From assembly GCA_049325335.1 (NCBI GenBank), contig JBMOMC010000007.1, positions 259,034 through 323,033 on the forward strand: a stretch of 64,000 bases of DNA, written 5' to 3'. This document shows positions 10,593-18,983 of this stretch, one piece after another. Every line of letters starts with the position of its first letter. Position 1 is the first letter of the stretch. The DNA comes from Nitrospirota bacterium (GTDB lineage Bacteria; Nitrospirota; Nitrospiria; 2-01-FULL-66-17). The position numbers were made by a program, and so were the translations under genes. The notes under the pieces are model-generated. The model saw nothing but the letters and a program-made list of their open reading frames with translations, made no database searches and was not told where the DNA came from.

Positions 10593-10946
10593 CTACCCGA
10601 TCAAATGCTCTCGAATCGCATTCGCCAACGCGTCGGCTTCCAATCGCTCGGACGCGGAGAACACCAGCTTGCCCCGTTTGTACAGGTGCGTGGTCGGAAA
10701 ACTCTCGAACTCGTAGCGCTTCTTGATCTCCCGGCTCCCCGGAATGTGCATGAGGCCTCGCCCGAATTTCACCTTGGGAGAGAACTCCCGCGCCGCGGCC
10801 TGGATCGCGGGTTCGTACTCGTCGCAGTTGTGGCAGTTGGCGATTTTATAGAACACGGCGGCCGCTGGCGCCGCATGGTACTCCTCAAAGTTCTCGTCGT
10901 TGACGCGCGGCAGTTCAATCGGCTCAGTGTGCACGGTATCCATCAT
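10593..10946 (-). CDS. Thioredoxin-family protein
   Basis: CHNC (CxxC) motif and cis-Pro loop (ESFPT). Start placed at ATG 10946, downstream of the REP element. Confidence 0.75.
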   Translation of the reverse strand: MMDTVHTEPIELPRVNDENFEEYHAAPAAAVFYKIANCHNCDEYEPAIQAAAREFSPKVKFGRGLMHIPGSREIKKRYEFESFPTTHLYKRGKLVFSASERLEADALANAIREHLIG

Positions 10947-10969
10947 GGGCTCGGGGCACGATAAAGAAC

Positions 10970-10997
10970 GTAGGGGCGCACGGCCGTGCGCCCCTAC
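10970..10997. repeat. GTAG-type REP-like perfect 28-bp palindrome
   Basis: GTAGGGGCGCACGGCCGTGCGCCCCTAC, with compensatory changes relative to the 4083 copy. Confidence 0.8.
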
Positions 10998-11017
10998 CCG
11001 TCTCACGGCATACCGTA

Positions 11018-11479
11018 CTACTTGAGCGATTTGATGGCGTTCAGAATTTCCTGGTCATCACGCGCGGTCAGGATCTCCTGGACCTTCACGTACTTGACCA
11101 CGCCGGCCTTGTCGATCACCACGGTGGCGCGCTTGGTGATGAATTTATCTTCCAAATACATGCCGTACTTCTTGGCCGTGTTGCCGCCCATGTCCGACAG
11201 CAGGCGGTGCTTCAAGCCGAGCGAGTCGGCCCACGCCTTGTGCGAGTAGACGCTGTCGATGCTGATGCCGAGCACCTCCGTATCTGCCGAGGAGAACTTC
11301 GGGAAATCGTCGGTCAAGCACCGGTTTTCCTTGGTGCACACCGGGCTCCAATCCAGCGGATAGAACGCCAACACCACGTTCTTCTTGCCCTTGAAGTCGG
11401 CAAGTTTCACTTCCTTTTGGTCCTGATCCTTGAGCGTAAAATCCGGAGCCGTCGCCCCCACTTGAATTTCTGCCGCCAT
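11018..11479 (-). CDS. Peroxiredoxin (AhpC/TSA family, AhpE/BCP-like)
   Basis: APDFTL, FYPLDWSPVC (PxxxSxxC), GISIDS, LLSD and RATVVID. ATG 11479 has an AGGAGG RBS. Confidence 0.9.
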   Translation of the reverse strand: MAAEIQVGATAPDFTLKDQDQKEVKLADFKGKKNVVLAFYPLDWSPVCTKENRCLTDDFPKFSSADTEVLGISIDSVYSHKAWADSLGLKHRLLSDMGGNTAKKYGMYLEDKFITKRATVVIDKAGVVKYVKVQEILTARDDQEILNAIKSLK

Positions 11480-11559
11480 TGCCGTCCCTCCTGTGTCTAT
11501 GAGAAATCGCGCAACCGTGCGGAAGACCCCGCACCGCGCACCGGAAGAAAAGAGGCCAC

Positions 11560-11589
11560 GTTCTATCACGGGGATTTTGGGGTTGTCAA
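11560..11589 (-). promoter_or_regulatory. Sigma-70-like promoter of the peroxiredoxin gene
   Basis: TTGACA-N18-TAGAAC with a TG extension on the minus strand. Confidence 0.4.
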
Positions 11590-11914
11590 GCAACCGGTGC
11601 CGACGTGGGGATGATTCGGTAAGTCCGGCGGTCCGAATCAGGACGATGGCGATGTTCGCCTTCTGCGGTCTCGTCACCCCGCTCGGTCAAACGCAAGTCA
11701 AAAGCCACGCCTGTCCATTGGTATCTTGTTCGGTCAGAATCCTTATTCCTGTGGCCGACCCATGTTTCCGGTACTTTATCCTCCACAAGCGTTCCCGCCG
11801 TCATCGTCACTTACGAATCTGAAATCCGCATTACGGATCACGTGGGTAGAAACTCGGCATTCATGTACGGATTTCCGTCAATCGGGCTGTCATCGACCAT
11901 AAGAAATGTCGACC

Positions 11915-11927
11915 TTTCAATGAGTTA
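11915..11927 (+). promoter_or_regulatory. IHF-like site
   Basis: TTTCAATGAGTTA versus WATCAANNNNTTR (one mismatch), between upstream palindromes and a sigma-54 promoter. Confidence 0.45.
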
Positions 11928-11953
11928 CTCTTGCTTAATCATCAATTGACCAG

Positions 11954-11969
11954 TGGCACCTAAGTTGCT
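11954..11969 (+). promoter_or_regulatory. Sigma-54 promoter of the FN3/secreted-protein operon
   Basis: TGGCACCTAAGTTGCT, a perfect TGGCAC-N5-TTGCT match. Confidence 0.85.
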
Positions 11970-12064
11970 ATACATGTCCCCGGATTTGACGGACCTGACA
12001 TAAGATGGTCAGCGTAGCTCTAGAACATTGGGCGAGAATTGAGACCGGGAGGAGGACGGTGTTC

Positions 12065-12544
12065 ATGACAAGCGGACGTTTACCGCGACTCTTGATACCC
12101 ACGGTATCGGCGATGGGGGAGGAACTCACCGCTCGCAAACGCCACGCCCGTCTCTTCGCCGGCTCGTTGCGCCAACTGTCCGGTCTCGCCCTTGGCGTCG
12201 GCCTCTTGGTGTTGGCGGGGTGCGGTAACGGAGCAGGATCAACCGACGCCCAGAGCCCGTCGGACCCCGTCAACCTCAGTACCGCGGTCTTAAATTGGGA
12301 TGCGCCTTCCACCAGCGAGGACGGGACGCCGATCGCGGATCTGGCCGGATACAGAGTTTACTACGGCACCACCGAACCGGTGACCAAATCGAACAGTGAC
12401 AGCGTTGATGTCGGCGACACCTTGGGCCACACCTTCGACAGCCTCCCCGCCGGCACGTACTACTTCGCGGTCGCCGCGTATGATCTGTACAACAACGAGA
12501 GCGAGTTATCGGGGTCCGTGACCAAGGTCATCTCGGAAGGTTAG
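12065..12544 (+). CDS. Lipoprotein with a single fibronectin type III-like domain
   Basis: Hydrophobic stretch plus lipobox LAGC, then AVLNWDAP...DLAGYRVYYG...GTYYFAVAAYD..NNES. GGAGGAGG RBS precedes GTG 12059/ATG 12065. Confidence 0.75.
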   Translation: MTSGRLPRLLIPTVSAMGEELTARKRHARLFAGSLRQLSGLALGVGLLVLAGCGNGAGSTDAQSPSDPVNLSTAVLNWDAPSTSEDGTPIADLAGYRVYYGTTEPVTKSNSDSVDVGDTLGHTFDSLPAGTYYFAVAAYDLYNNESELSGSVTKVISEG

Positions 12545-12583
12545 GCCATCACCATCACACGGGATATATTCGGGGTATCGGCT

Positions 12584-13993
12584 ATGCGGTTATCGCAATG
12601 GGGCGTGGGAATCGCGGGAGGAGTGCTCGCCGGTGTTCTGGGAGGCTGGGGGCTATCGTCCGACGCGTGGGGCGCGACGTACTACGTGGATCAGGCGCAC
12701 CCCAGCGCCAACGACAGCGGTCCCGGCACGAGTGAAACCGCACCCTGGTTGACGCTCCAGCGCGCGATGCAATCCGACATCGTGGCGGGAGACACGGTCT
12801 ACGTGAAGAATGGCACATATGACGCGGGAGCGGGTGAATTTAATCCGGCAAATTCCGGAACCCCAAGCGCGCCGATCGCCTTTCGCGCGTTCTCGGGACA
12901 CCGTCCCGTGGTCACGAAGCCCGGCGGAGATCCGGCAGGCGGAAACCGTATGGTGATCGGCGCGGACGGCCGAGGGAGTTATGTGATTTGGGATGGATTC
13001 ACCCTTGGTCCGTGGACCAACGTCTTGGTGATGAACGCCGATGGCGTCGTGTTGGAAAATTTGATCATCGACAAAGGCGCATCGGTACCGGCGAGCTGCG
13101 GACAAGGCAACTACAACGGCATTTTCGTCGAACTCGCTAACAACACCGTAATTCGCAACAACATCATTCGCAACATCAACTATACCGGCTGCAACTTGTG
13201 GAACGCGGGTGGGATCGTGTTGTACGAAGCGCACAACACGCGTATTTATAATAACGAAATCTATAACACCAACACGGGCATCAACGATAAAGAAAATGGC
13301 GTCTCCAACATCCACGAGTTCAACTACTTTCATGACATCGCCGGCCCCGGGGTGATGTTTCAGGGCTACGCCACGAGCCGGTGCGGGGCCTGCCCGGTTG
13401 AGAACATTGCGGTCCGCAACAATATCTTCGTCAACACCGATGTTGGAGTGTATCTGAATCTTTCGGACCCCTCGCGCGAGCGAAATATCGATGTCTACAA
13501 CAATGTCCTGTATAACGTCCGCAAGGGGTTCGGCATGATCACCGCCATTCCGGACATCGACGTTTACAACAACATTCTGATCACGCGAGCCGTTTCCGAC
13601 TCTGCTGAAATCGACCTCGATGCGATTCCCGCTGATTGGATGTCCAACTACAACAATTTCGAAGCGGCGTCAGGCGGAACGATCACCTTTAACACCCCGT
13701 CCGGCGCCGTCACGCTCACCCAGTGGCGGACCTCGCTGGGCGCTGACTTGAACTCAACCACGCTCGGTTCTCTATTTATCGGACCACTCACAGGGTCGAT
13801 CCGTCCCGAGGCGTTCCGGCTGAGCGGGATATCACCACTGATCAACCAGGGTCGCACCGGGGGAGTCTTGACCGGTACGCCGGTCAATATGGGAGCATTT
13901 CTCAGCAGCAATGATGTGGTCGGCTTGCGATCGGACTTGGGTCCGGTGGATTTCACTCCGCCTGCGCGGCCGACCGGCCTGAACGTTCGATAG
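12584..13993 (+). CDS. Secreted right-handed parallel beta-helix (pectin-lyase-fold) protein with C-terminal DxTPP..PTGL tail
   Basis: Signal peptide, ATYYVD...NDSGPGT..APWLT...GDTVYVKNGTY, many I.NN.I.N repeats; ends DFTPPARPTGLNVR. Confidence 0.8.
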   Translation: MRLSQWGVGIAGGVLAGVLGGWGLSSDAWGATYYVDQAHPSANDSGPGTSETAPWLTLQRAMQSDIVAGDTVYVKNGTYDAGAGEFNPANSGTPSAPIAFRAFSGHRPVVTKPGGDPAGGNRMVIGADGRGSYVIWDGFTLGPWTNVLVMNADGVVLENLIIDKGASVPASCGQGNYNGIFVELANNTVIRNNIIRNINYTGCNLWNAGGIVLYEAHNTRIYNNEIYNTNTGINDKENGVSNIHEFNYFHDIAGPGVMFQGYATSRCGACPVENIAVRNNIFVNTDVGVYLNLSDPSRERNIDVYNNVLYNVRKGFGMITAIPDIDVYNNILITRAVSDSAEIDLDAIPADWMSNYNNFEAASGGTITFNTPSGAVTLTQWRTSLGADLNSTTLGSLFIGPLTGSIRPEAFRLSGISPLINQGRTGGVLTGTPVNMGAFLSSNDVVGLRSDLGPVDFTPPARPTGLNVR

Positions 13994-14054
13994 GTCTGTC
14001 CGGCGCCTCCGCGCGCCGGACGAGCATTGGCATTCCGCGGATACTGGAGCCACC

Positions 14055-14894
14055 ATGAAGCCATTGCGCCCTGTAATCGTCGCGATCGTTCTCGGACTGG
14101 CGCTGTCCGGACTAAGCCGGACCGCTTCGGCCCAGATTCTGCTCCAAGAAGATTTTGAGGACAGTAATCTCTCCAGCCGCGGCTGGTACGACATGGCGCG
14201 ATGGGGCACGGAACAATTCATCTCGACTACCCAAGCCCGAAGCGGGAGTGCGTCCCTGGAAGTCCGCTACCAGAGCGGATCAACCGGCCCCTATATGCGT
14301 CATCAGTTTTCAGGTCAAAACCGCGTGTACACCCGGTACTACCGCAAGTGGGCGTCCAACTGGCGGTGGTCAACGGTGCCGGGACCGCACGATACATACC
14401 TGTTCGCCATGTACGGCCAACAATACTTCGCTCCGACCGAGACGTATCTGACCGTTTATACCGACGCCGTGTATCAGGGATTACCAAGTTGGCAACCGGG
14501 AACCATCGGGCTCCAAACAAAACGCTCGCTACAAGGCGAGTCGTATCGGACGTTGACGAGCTTGAGTCAGCCGCCCGCGCGATTCGTCCTTGATCAATGG
14601 TATTGCGTGGAGGTGATGGCCACCATGAACACCCCTGGAAGCAGCGACGGACGGCTTCAGTTATGGCTCGATGGGACACCGATCTTCGACGTGAGCGGCC
14701 GGCTACTTCGGGATGCCAACAATGCGGGGCTTCAGTTCGACCAGTTTATGTTCGGCCCGTACTTTCACGGTGGAACGTCGCAAGTCCAGTCAACCTGGAT
14801 TGATGCGCTGGTGATCGCTACCGAACGAGTGGGGTGTCTCGATGCCTCCGACACCACGCCTCCAAGTGCGCCGACCGGCCTCGTGGTTGAATAG
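14055..14894 (+). CDS. Secreted concanavalin/polysaccharide-lyase-like beta-sandwich protein with C-terminal tail
   Basis: Signal peptide, EDFED, WYCVEV...NTPG..DGRLQLWLDG, WIDALVIATERVGC; ends DTTPPSAPTGLVVE. Confidence 0.65.
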   Translation: MKPLRPVIVAIVLGLALSGLSRTASAQILLQEDFEDSNLSSRGWYDMARWGTEQFISTTQARSGSASLEVRYQSGSTGPYMRHQFSGQNRVYTRYYRKWASNWRWSTVPGPHDTYLFAMYGQQYFAPTETYLTVYTDAVYQGLPSWQPGTIGLQTKRSLQGESYRTLTSLSQPPARFVLDQWYCVEVMATMNTPGSSDGRLQLWLDGTPIFDVSGRLLRDANNAGLQFDQFMFGPYFHGGTSQVQSTWIDALVIATERVGCLDASDTTPPSAPTGLVVE

Positions 14895-14926
14895 CGATGT
14901 ATACCAGGCGTCGCGGGAGGAATCGA

Positions 14927-15973
14927 ATGCCCACGCGACTCGTTGTTTTCGTGGTAACCGTCGTCATGTTCAACGGTCAGTTCGCCTTCGCAGCGCACGA
15001 CTCAATCGCCCCATCAGCGCCACGGGGCGTCACGGGCCACGGTGTGAGCGCCACGTCGATAGAACTGACGTGGTGGCCTTCCCAGGACAATGCCGGCATC
15101 GACCACTACAACATCTATCGGTGCCAGGGATCGTCCTGCACCGGGACGCTCGTCGGCACCGCCGACACCAATTATTTTCTCGATACGGGTTTATCCGCCC
15201 AAACCCCGTACTCCTACACCGTCACGGCGGTTGATCCCGAAGGACGGGAGTCGGCTCGTTCACTCACGCTGGACGGCTACAGCCGGAGCATTCTGACACA
15301 CCCAACGGGCGGAACCGAAACGATCGAGATCACCAGCTCGCCGACTCAGGTAGCGCCTGGAGCGACGTTCAGCGTGAGCTGGCGACCGACGCTCAACTAT
15401 CAGCCGGGCTCATTCGGTCATCATGACGCCCATTTTAACGATTCGTTGGACACATGGGGGTGTAATCCGCCCAACTGCTGGTACGAGGTGGATATCACCA
15501 GTAATGGCGGAGTGTATTCCGTCACGTCCACCGCGCCAGCCGCCACCAAAGACATCTATTGGATCCCGGACCCGCACGCGGCCGGAGCCACATACAATAT
15601 CAACACCCACCAGCACTATCCGCTTGCGCGGATCGTCGTGACCAACGGCAACCCGCTAGCCATCACGACCACCACCTTGCCGAACGCCACGCTGAACACG
15701 CCCTATTCCCGAACCATCGTCCACAACGCCAGCAACGAGGCGGTCGGACCGTTCGCGTGCGGGGTCTCCGAGGGCAGACTGCCGAATAATGTGCTGCTCA
15801 ACAGCGCGACCTGCGTCCTATCGGGAACCCCCACCGAGTCCGGGAGCTTCATCTTCACCGCTCGCGTCAAAGCGACCAGTGAAAATTACGCCATGCGCCG
15901 GCTCGCGTTGACGGTCGGCACCTCATCCGACACGATCCCGCCCAGCCCCCCCACCGGCCTCACCGTCCGATAG
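14927..15973 (+). CDS. Secreted FN3 + putative Ig (He_PIG-like) domain protein with C-terminal tail
   Basis: Signal peptide, complete FN3 (APSAPRGV...IELTW...YSYTVTAVD..GRES), Ig-like repeat (LAITTTTLP...GRLP...LSGTPT); ends DTIPPSPPTGLTVR. Start at ATG 14927 with a GGAGG RBS. Confidence 0.75.
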   Translation: MPTRLVVFVVTVVMFNGQFAFAAHDSIAPSAPRGVTGHGVSATSIELTWWPSQDNAGIDHYNIYRCQGSSCTGTLVGTADTNYFLDTGLSAQTPYSYTVTAVDPEGRESARSLTLDGYSRSILTHPTGGTETIEITSSPTQVAPGATFSVSWRPTLNYQPGSFGHHDAHFNDSLDTWGCNPPNCWYEVDITSNGGVYSVTSTAPAATKDIYWIPDPHAAGATYNINTHQHYPLARIVVTNGNPLAITTTTLPNATLNTPYSRTIVHNASNEAVGPFACGVSEGRLPNNVLLNSATCVLSGTPTESGSFIFTARVKATSENYAMRRLALTVGTSSDTIPPSPPTGLTVR

Positions 15974-16049
15974 TCCCAGCAGGGAACACCTGGAAGACCG
16001 GTTTGAAGCGCCACGACCCCACCCGCGGCATGCGAATACAGACCGGTTC

Positions 16050-16877
16050 TCATAGATGCAATGCTCGATTAACCCTCCCTTTAAGCTTATTAACAACGCC
16101 TTTAATTTTATAATTGATAACACGATCTCTTTTTTTTAGAAGTTCGTCGGCCCCGTTGAACTCAGAGAGAAACTTGTTCGCCCATTTCGCATTGATGTCG
16201 TTACTCTGCCTTTTTGTGACTTGCTCATTCGGTATTTTTTCTGGATCAATCTCCGCACCAACAAATTCTGCGATCCGTTTTATTGATTGCGTAAGACTGT
16301 CACGAACATCTCTAAAGTCCATGTCAATTCGTTTACATCCGCAGGCGGCCAGACTATACCGCCAAGAAGAATTTTCGAGAATGGTTTGACGGAGATATGC
16401 GTTAATCTGATTGAAATTATATTTCGGATTATCATGCACAGGTTTTTGACCAGATATCCATACACCCGTTTGACTCGCGATTGCCAATGACACAGCTTGT
16501 CCTATCAGGTCTTCCCGAGAGAGAAGGATGTAGTACGCGTTTGGGAAATATTCCATTAACCGATGGAATCCACCAAACTGATTTATATGGGAGTAATGGA
16601 TCTTTATTCCAAATACTCCGTTAGGCGATGTCCTTCGCCGCTGTATTTCCGTCAAAACATCAAAAAAAAGTTTTTTACCAAAGCGCCTCTTCCATTCGGC
16701 GATATTCGCGGAATTTGCATACTCAAGTGGAAACCCAAAACAGCTGGTCTTATGCAGCGCATGCCCCAACATATGGCCGCCCGATCTGGCGGTCGAAGCG
16801 ATGATCAGGATCTTCGAGGGCTTTTCTACTCGAGGGAAATCATGGTGCTCTGAGAATTGGTCGTCATATAAGTGCAT
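16050..16877 (-). CDS. Stf0-family sulfotransferase, AT-rich
   Basis: ASTARSGGHML (5'-PAPS loop), GFPLEY, TSPNGVFGIKIH and R.D...QAVS..IA.QTGVW. ATG 16877 has a GGGGAG RBS. Confidence 0.8.
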   Translation of the reverse strand: MHLYDDQFSEHHDFPRVEKPSKILIIASTARSGGHMLGHALHKTSCFGFPLEYANSANIAEWKRRFGKKLFFDVLTEIQRRRTSPNGVFGIKIHYSHINQFGGFHRLMEYFPNAYYILLSREDLIGQAVSLAIASQTGVWISGQKPVHDNPKYNFNQINAYLRQTILENSSWRYSLAACGCKRIDMDFRDVRDSLTQSIKRIAEFVGAEIDPEKIPNEQVTKRQSNDINAKWANKFLSEFNGADELLKKRDRVINYKIKGVVNKLKGRVNRALHL

Positions 16878-17159
16878 CGTGCTCCCCGTTGCGTTGCCAA
16901 ACGAGTCCGGAGAATTCCTCCATCCGTTCCCGGTATCGTTTTCCCTTTCGAACGACAACGCCATGAATACTACATTCTTCCGGCACGCCTGCTTCGGATA
17001 CCACCGGCGACATGGGCGAGTACCCGAACCACCTCATCGACCACGTGGCGGTCGCCGCGCAGATGTCCTCGGCGGATAACCCCTGCGTCGAGGCTGCGAT
17101 TATAATTCTTTTCGGAATTTTTCTACAACGCAACGACTTTCTGAGCGAGGACCTGTTGT

Positions 17160-17936
17160 CTAGCGACGATGGCAACGGTTGCATGACGTCAGCGGGAACG
17201 CAACCTTCCCGTGGCAGGTTCCGCAGAAACGTCCGGCGTTCAAATCCGACATGGACATGACATTCGCTCCCTTCTTCTGCGTGAACACACCAGGATGGCA
17301 ATTGCGACATTCAAGCCAGAGCGCGTGGGAGGCATGCGGGAAAACTACCGGCGGCATGCCGTCGGTTTCCGTAAACACGATATCCGCCGGCCCGGGTTCG
17401 GGAGAACCCGATGACGGGTTCGGTTTGTAGGATGGGCGCGGTGTAATCACGCCCTCTTTCACCGCGGCAATCCAGTCGATGCCACCGTCCTCGTCCCGTG
17501 GAAACGGCTGCAACAAGACCTCTGGATCCCGATTGTCCTCCGCATATGGCGGTCCCGGTTCCGGCAGTGTGGTTGCGCTTGGATCAGACCGGGCAATGAG
17601 GCGATCGTCAACCCGGTGACACCGCGTACAAGTGATGGGCCGCCACGCAACCGTGCCGTTGTGACAGGTTGAGCAAAAGTTTTGCTTCGCCGCCATCCGT
17701 TCCATCATGATGTTCAGCGTGTTGGCCGCCATGGGGAACACATCGGGATGACAGGCCGAACACATAAATTCGGTTCGGTGAATCCAGTGCGGAAACACCA
17801 CGGCGGGAGCGCCGAATTCCTTGGCAGTGGTGTTCATCTGAACGTCGCCATAGAAGCCGAACGCAGGACCTCCGTCGCCAATGACCGACCACAGCAACAC
17901 GAGGGAGGGAAGAACCGCGTGGGCGATGATTCTCAC
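17160..17936 (-). CDS. Hexaheme cytochrome c with two c7-type triheme domains
   Basis: Signal peptide and six CxxCH motifs (CSACH, CSTCH, CTRCH, CRNCH, CGTCH, CNRCH); each domain is preceded by VVFPHxxH. Confidence 0.9.
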   Translation of the reverse strand: MRIIAHAVLPSLVLLWSVIGDGGPAFGFYGDVQMNTTAKEFGAPAVVFPHWIHRTEFMCSACHPDVFPMAANTLNIMMERMAAKQNFCSTCHNGTVAWRPITCTRCHRVDDRLIARSDPSATTLPEPGPPYAEDNRDPEVLLQPFPRDEDGGIDWIAAVKEGVITPRPSYKPNPSSGSPEPGPADIVFTETDGMPPVVFPHASHALWLECRNCHPGVFTQKKGANVMSMSDLNAGRFCGTCHGKVAFPLTSCNRCHRR

Positions 17937-18028
17937 GGAGTCGGTCCGACCGGCAGGATGGCCAAGAACGCACTATCGCCGAAAAGCGAGGACGTCACCA
18001 TGGTTGCGGAATCAATCGCGTTCTGACC

Positions 18029-18982
18029 TCAAGGAGACTGATTGATTGGGATACAGCCGCTGCGCGCGGTGGAGAACACCACCCCGTCAAAGTGGATCGC
18101 CGGCGTAGTGTTGGTGGCTGCTGCGCCGCCTTCGGCTCCCACGAAGTTGTCCGAGATGTTGACCATGGTCCACGCAAAGGTCCCCGGCCCGCTGGCGCCC
18201 CGCGTGTCGGCTGATGGATTTGAGGCAACAAGTTTTCCGTCAACGTAGATCTCCATCAATCCATTGGCGGGATTGACTCGGGTATTCTGCCGGACGTGGA
18301 GTTCAAGACAATACCACCGGTCGACCGCAAACTCACCGGGCAAACTGCCCACGAGCAGATTGTTCTGACAGCACCACGTTGTGCCGTCCGCGGTGTACGC
18401 GTAGGTCCACCGAATTCGCGTCGGGTCTCCATGAAAGGGGCCCCAGTAGCTCTCGATGCACGGACGTCCGGACTGACAGGAGTCGACGGTCCTTAACCGA
18501 CCGAATTTAATCCCGCCGTACAACGCCGGCCACTCCCACCCTTTGGGTAGCCGAACATAGTGTCGGACCCACAACTCCTCGCTTGGAGATGTCCACGTGG
18601 TTGGTTCCTGATTCGCATGGTCACGTAGTTCTGACGCGCCCTGCCGACCTGGAAGAAAATGTTCCGCGAAGAAGCAGTTCCCAGTGGCCGCAGTGCCGTC
18701 ACAGATGATCTGAATTGCGTCCGAGGAATGCCAATACACGACGTTATCCCAGACATGGTCGAGGGGTTTCCCGGTTCCGACCGGCGGACTCAGCACGTGG
18801 ACGCCGGAATTGGTTGGGAAATACTCGAAGTCATCCGCAATCAATGTTTCGGCCCAAACCGGAGCGGACACCAACCATCCGGCGGTCACCCAGGCGCCCA
18901 GGAACGCGTTCCATCGTGCGCGGCGATCGAACACGCTGATCTTAGCGATGAGAGGGACCAGATCGTTGCCGACCCTGAACAC
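18029..18982 (-). CDS. Secreted concanavalin/polysaccharide-lyase-like protein; start uncertain
   Basis: Signal-like segment ending VWA, DDFE, WYCLELHVRQNT....NGLMEIYVDG and FDGVVFSTARSGC; same pattern as 14055..14894. Confidence 0.6.
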   Translation of the reverse strand: MFRVGNDLVPLIAKISVFDRRARWNAFLGAWVTAGWLVSAPVWAETLIADDFEYFPTNSGVHVLSPPVGTGKPLDHVWDNVVYWHSSDAIQIICDGTAATGNCFFAEHFLPGRQGASELRDHANQEPTTWTSPSEELWVRHYVRLPKGWEWPALYGGIKFGRLRTVDSCQSGRPCIESYWGPFHGDPTRIRWTYAYTADGTTWCCQNNLLVGSLPGEFAVDRWYCLELHVRQNTRVNPANGLMEIYVDGKLVASNPSADTRGASGPGTFAWTMVNISDNFVGAEGGAAATNTTPAIHFDGVVFSTARSGCIPINQSP

Positions 18983-18983
18983 G

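Noticed and set aside
11897..11911. AGAAATGTCG half-match to the nitrogen motif upstream of the FN3 operon
   Set aside because: The left arm (CGACA) is missing and there is no partner site at the conserved spacing.
13949..15973. All three tail-bearing genes stop at TAG, suggesting amber read-through into full FN3 domains
   Set aside because: Where checked (after 14894) the frame gives no FN3-like sequence and soon closes, and the next genes start shortly downstream with their own RBS.
16880..17160. Short ORFs between the sulfotransferase and the cytochrome
   Set aside because: No recognisable motifs or convincing RBS. A gene remnant is possible but not supportable.
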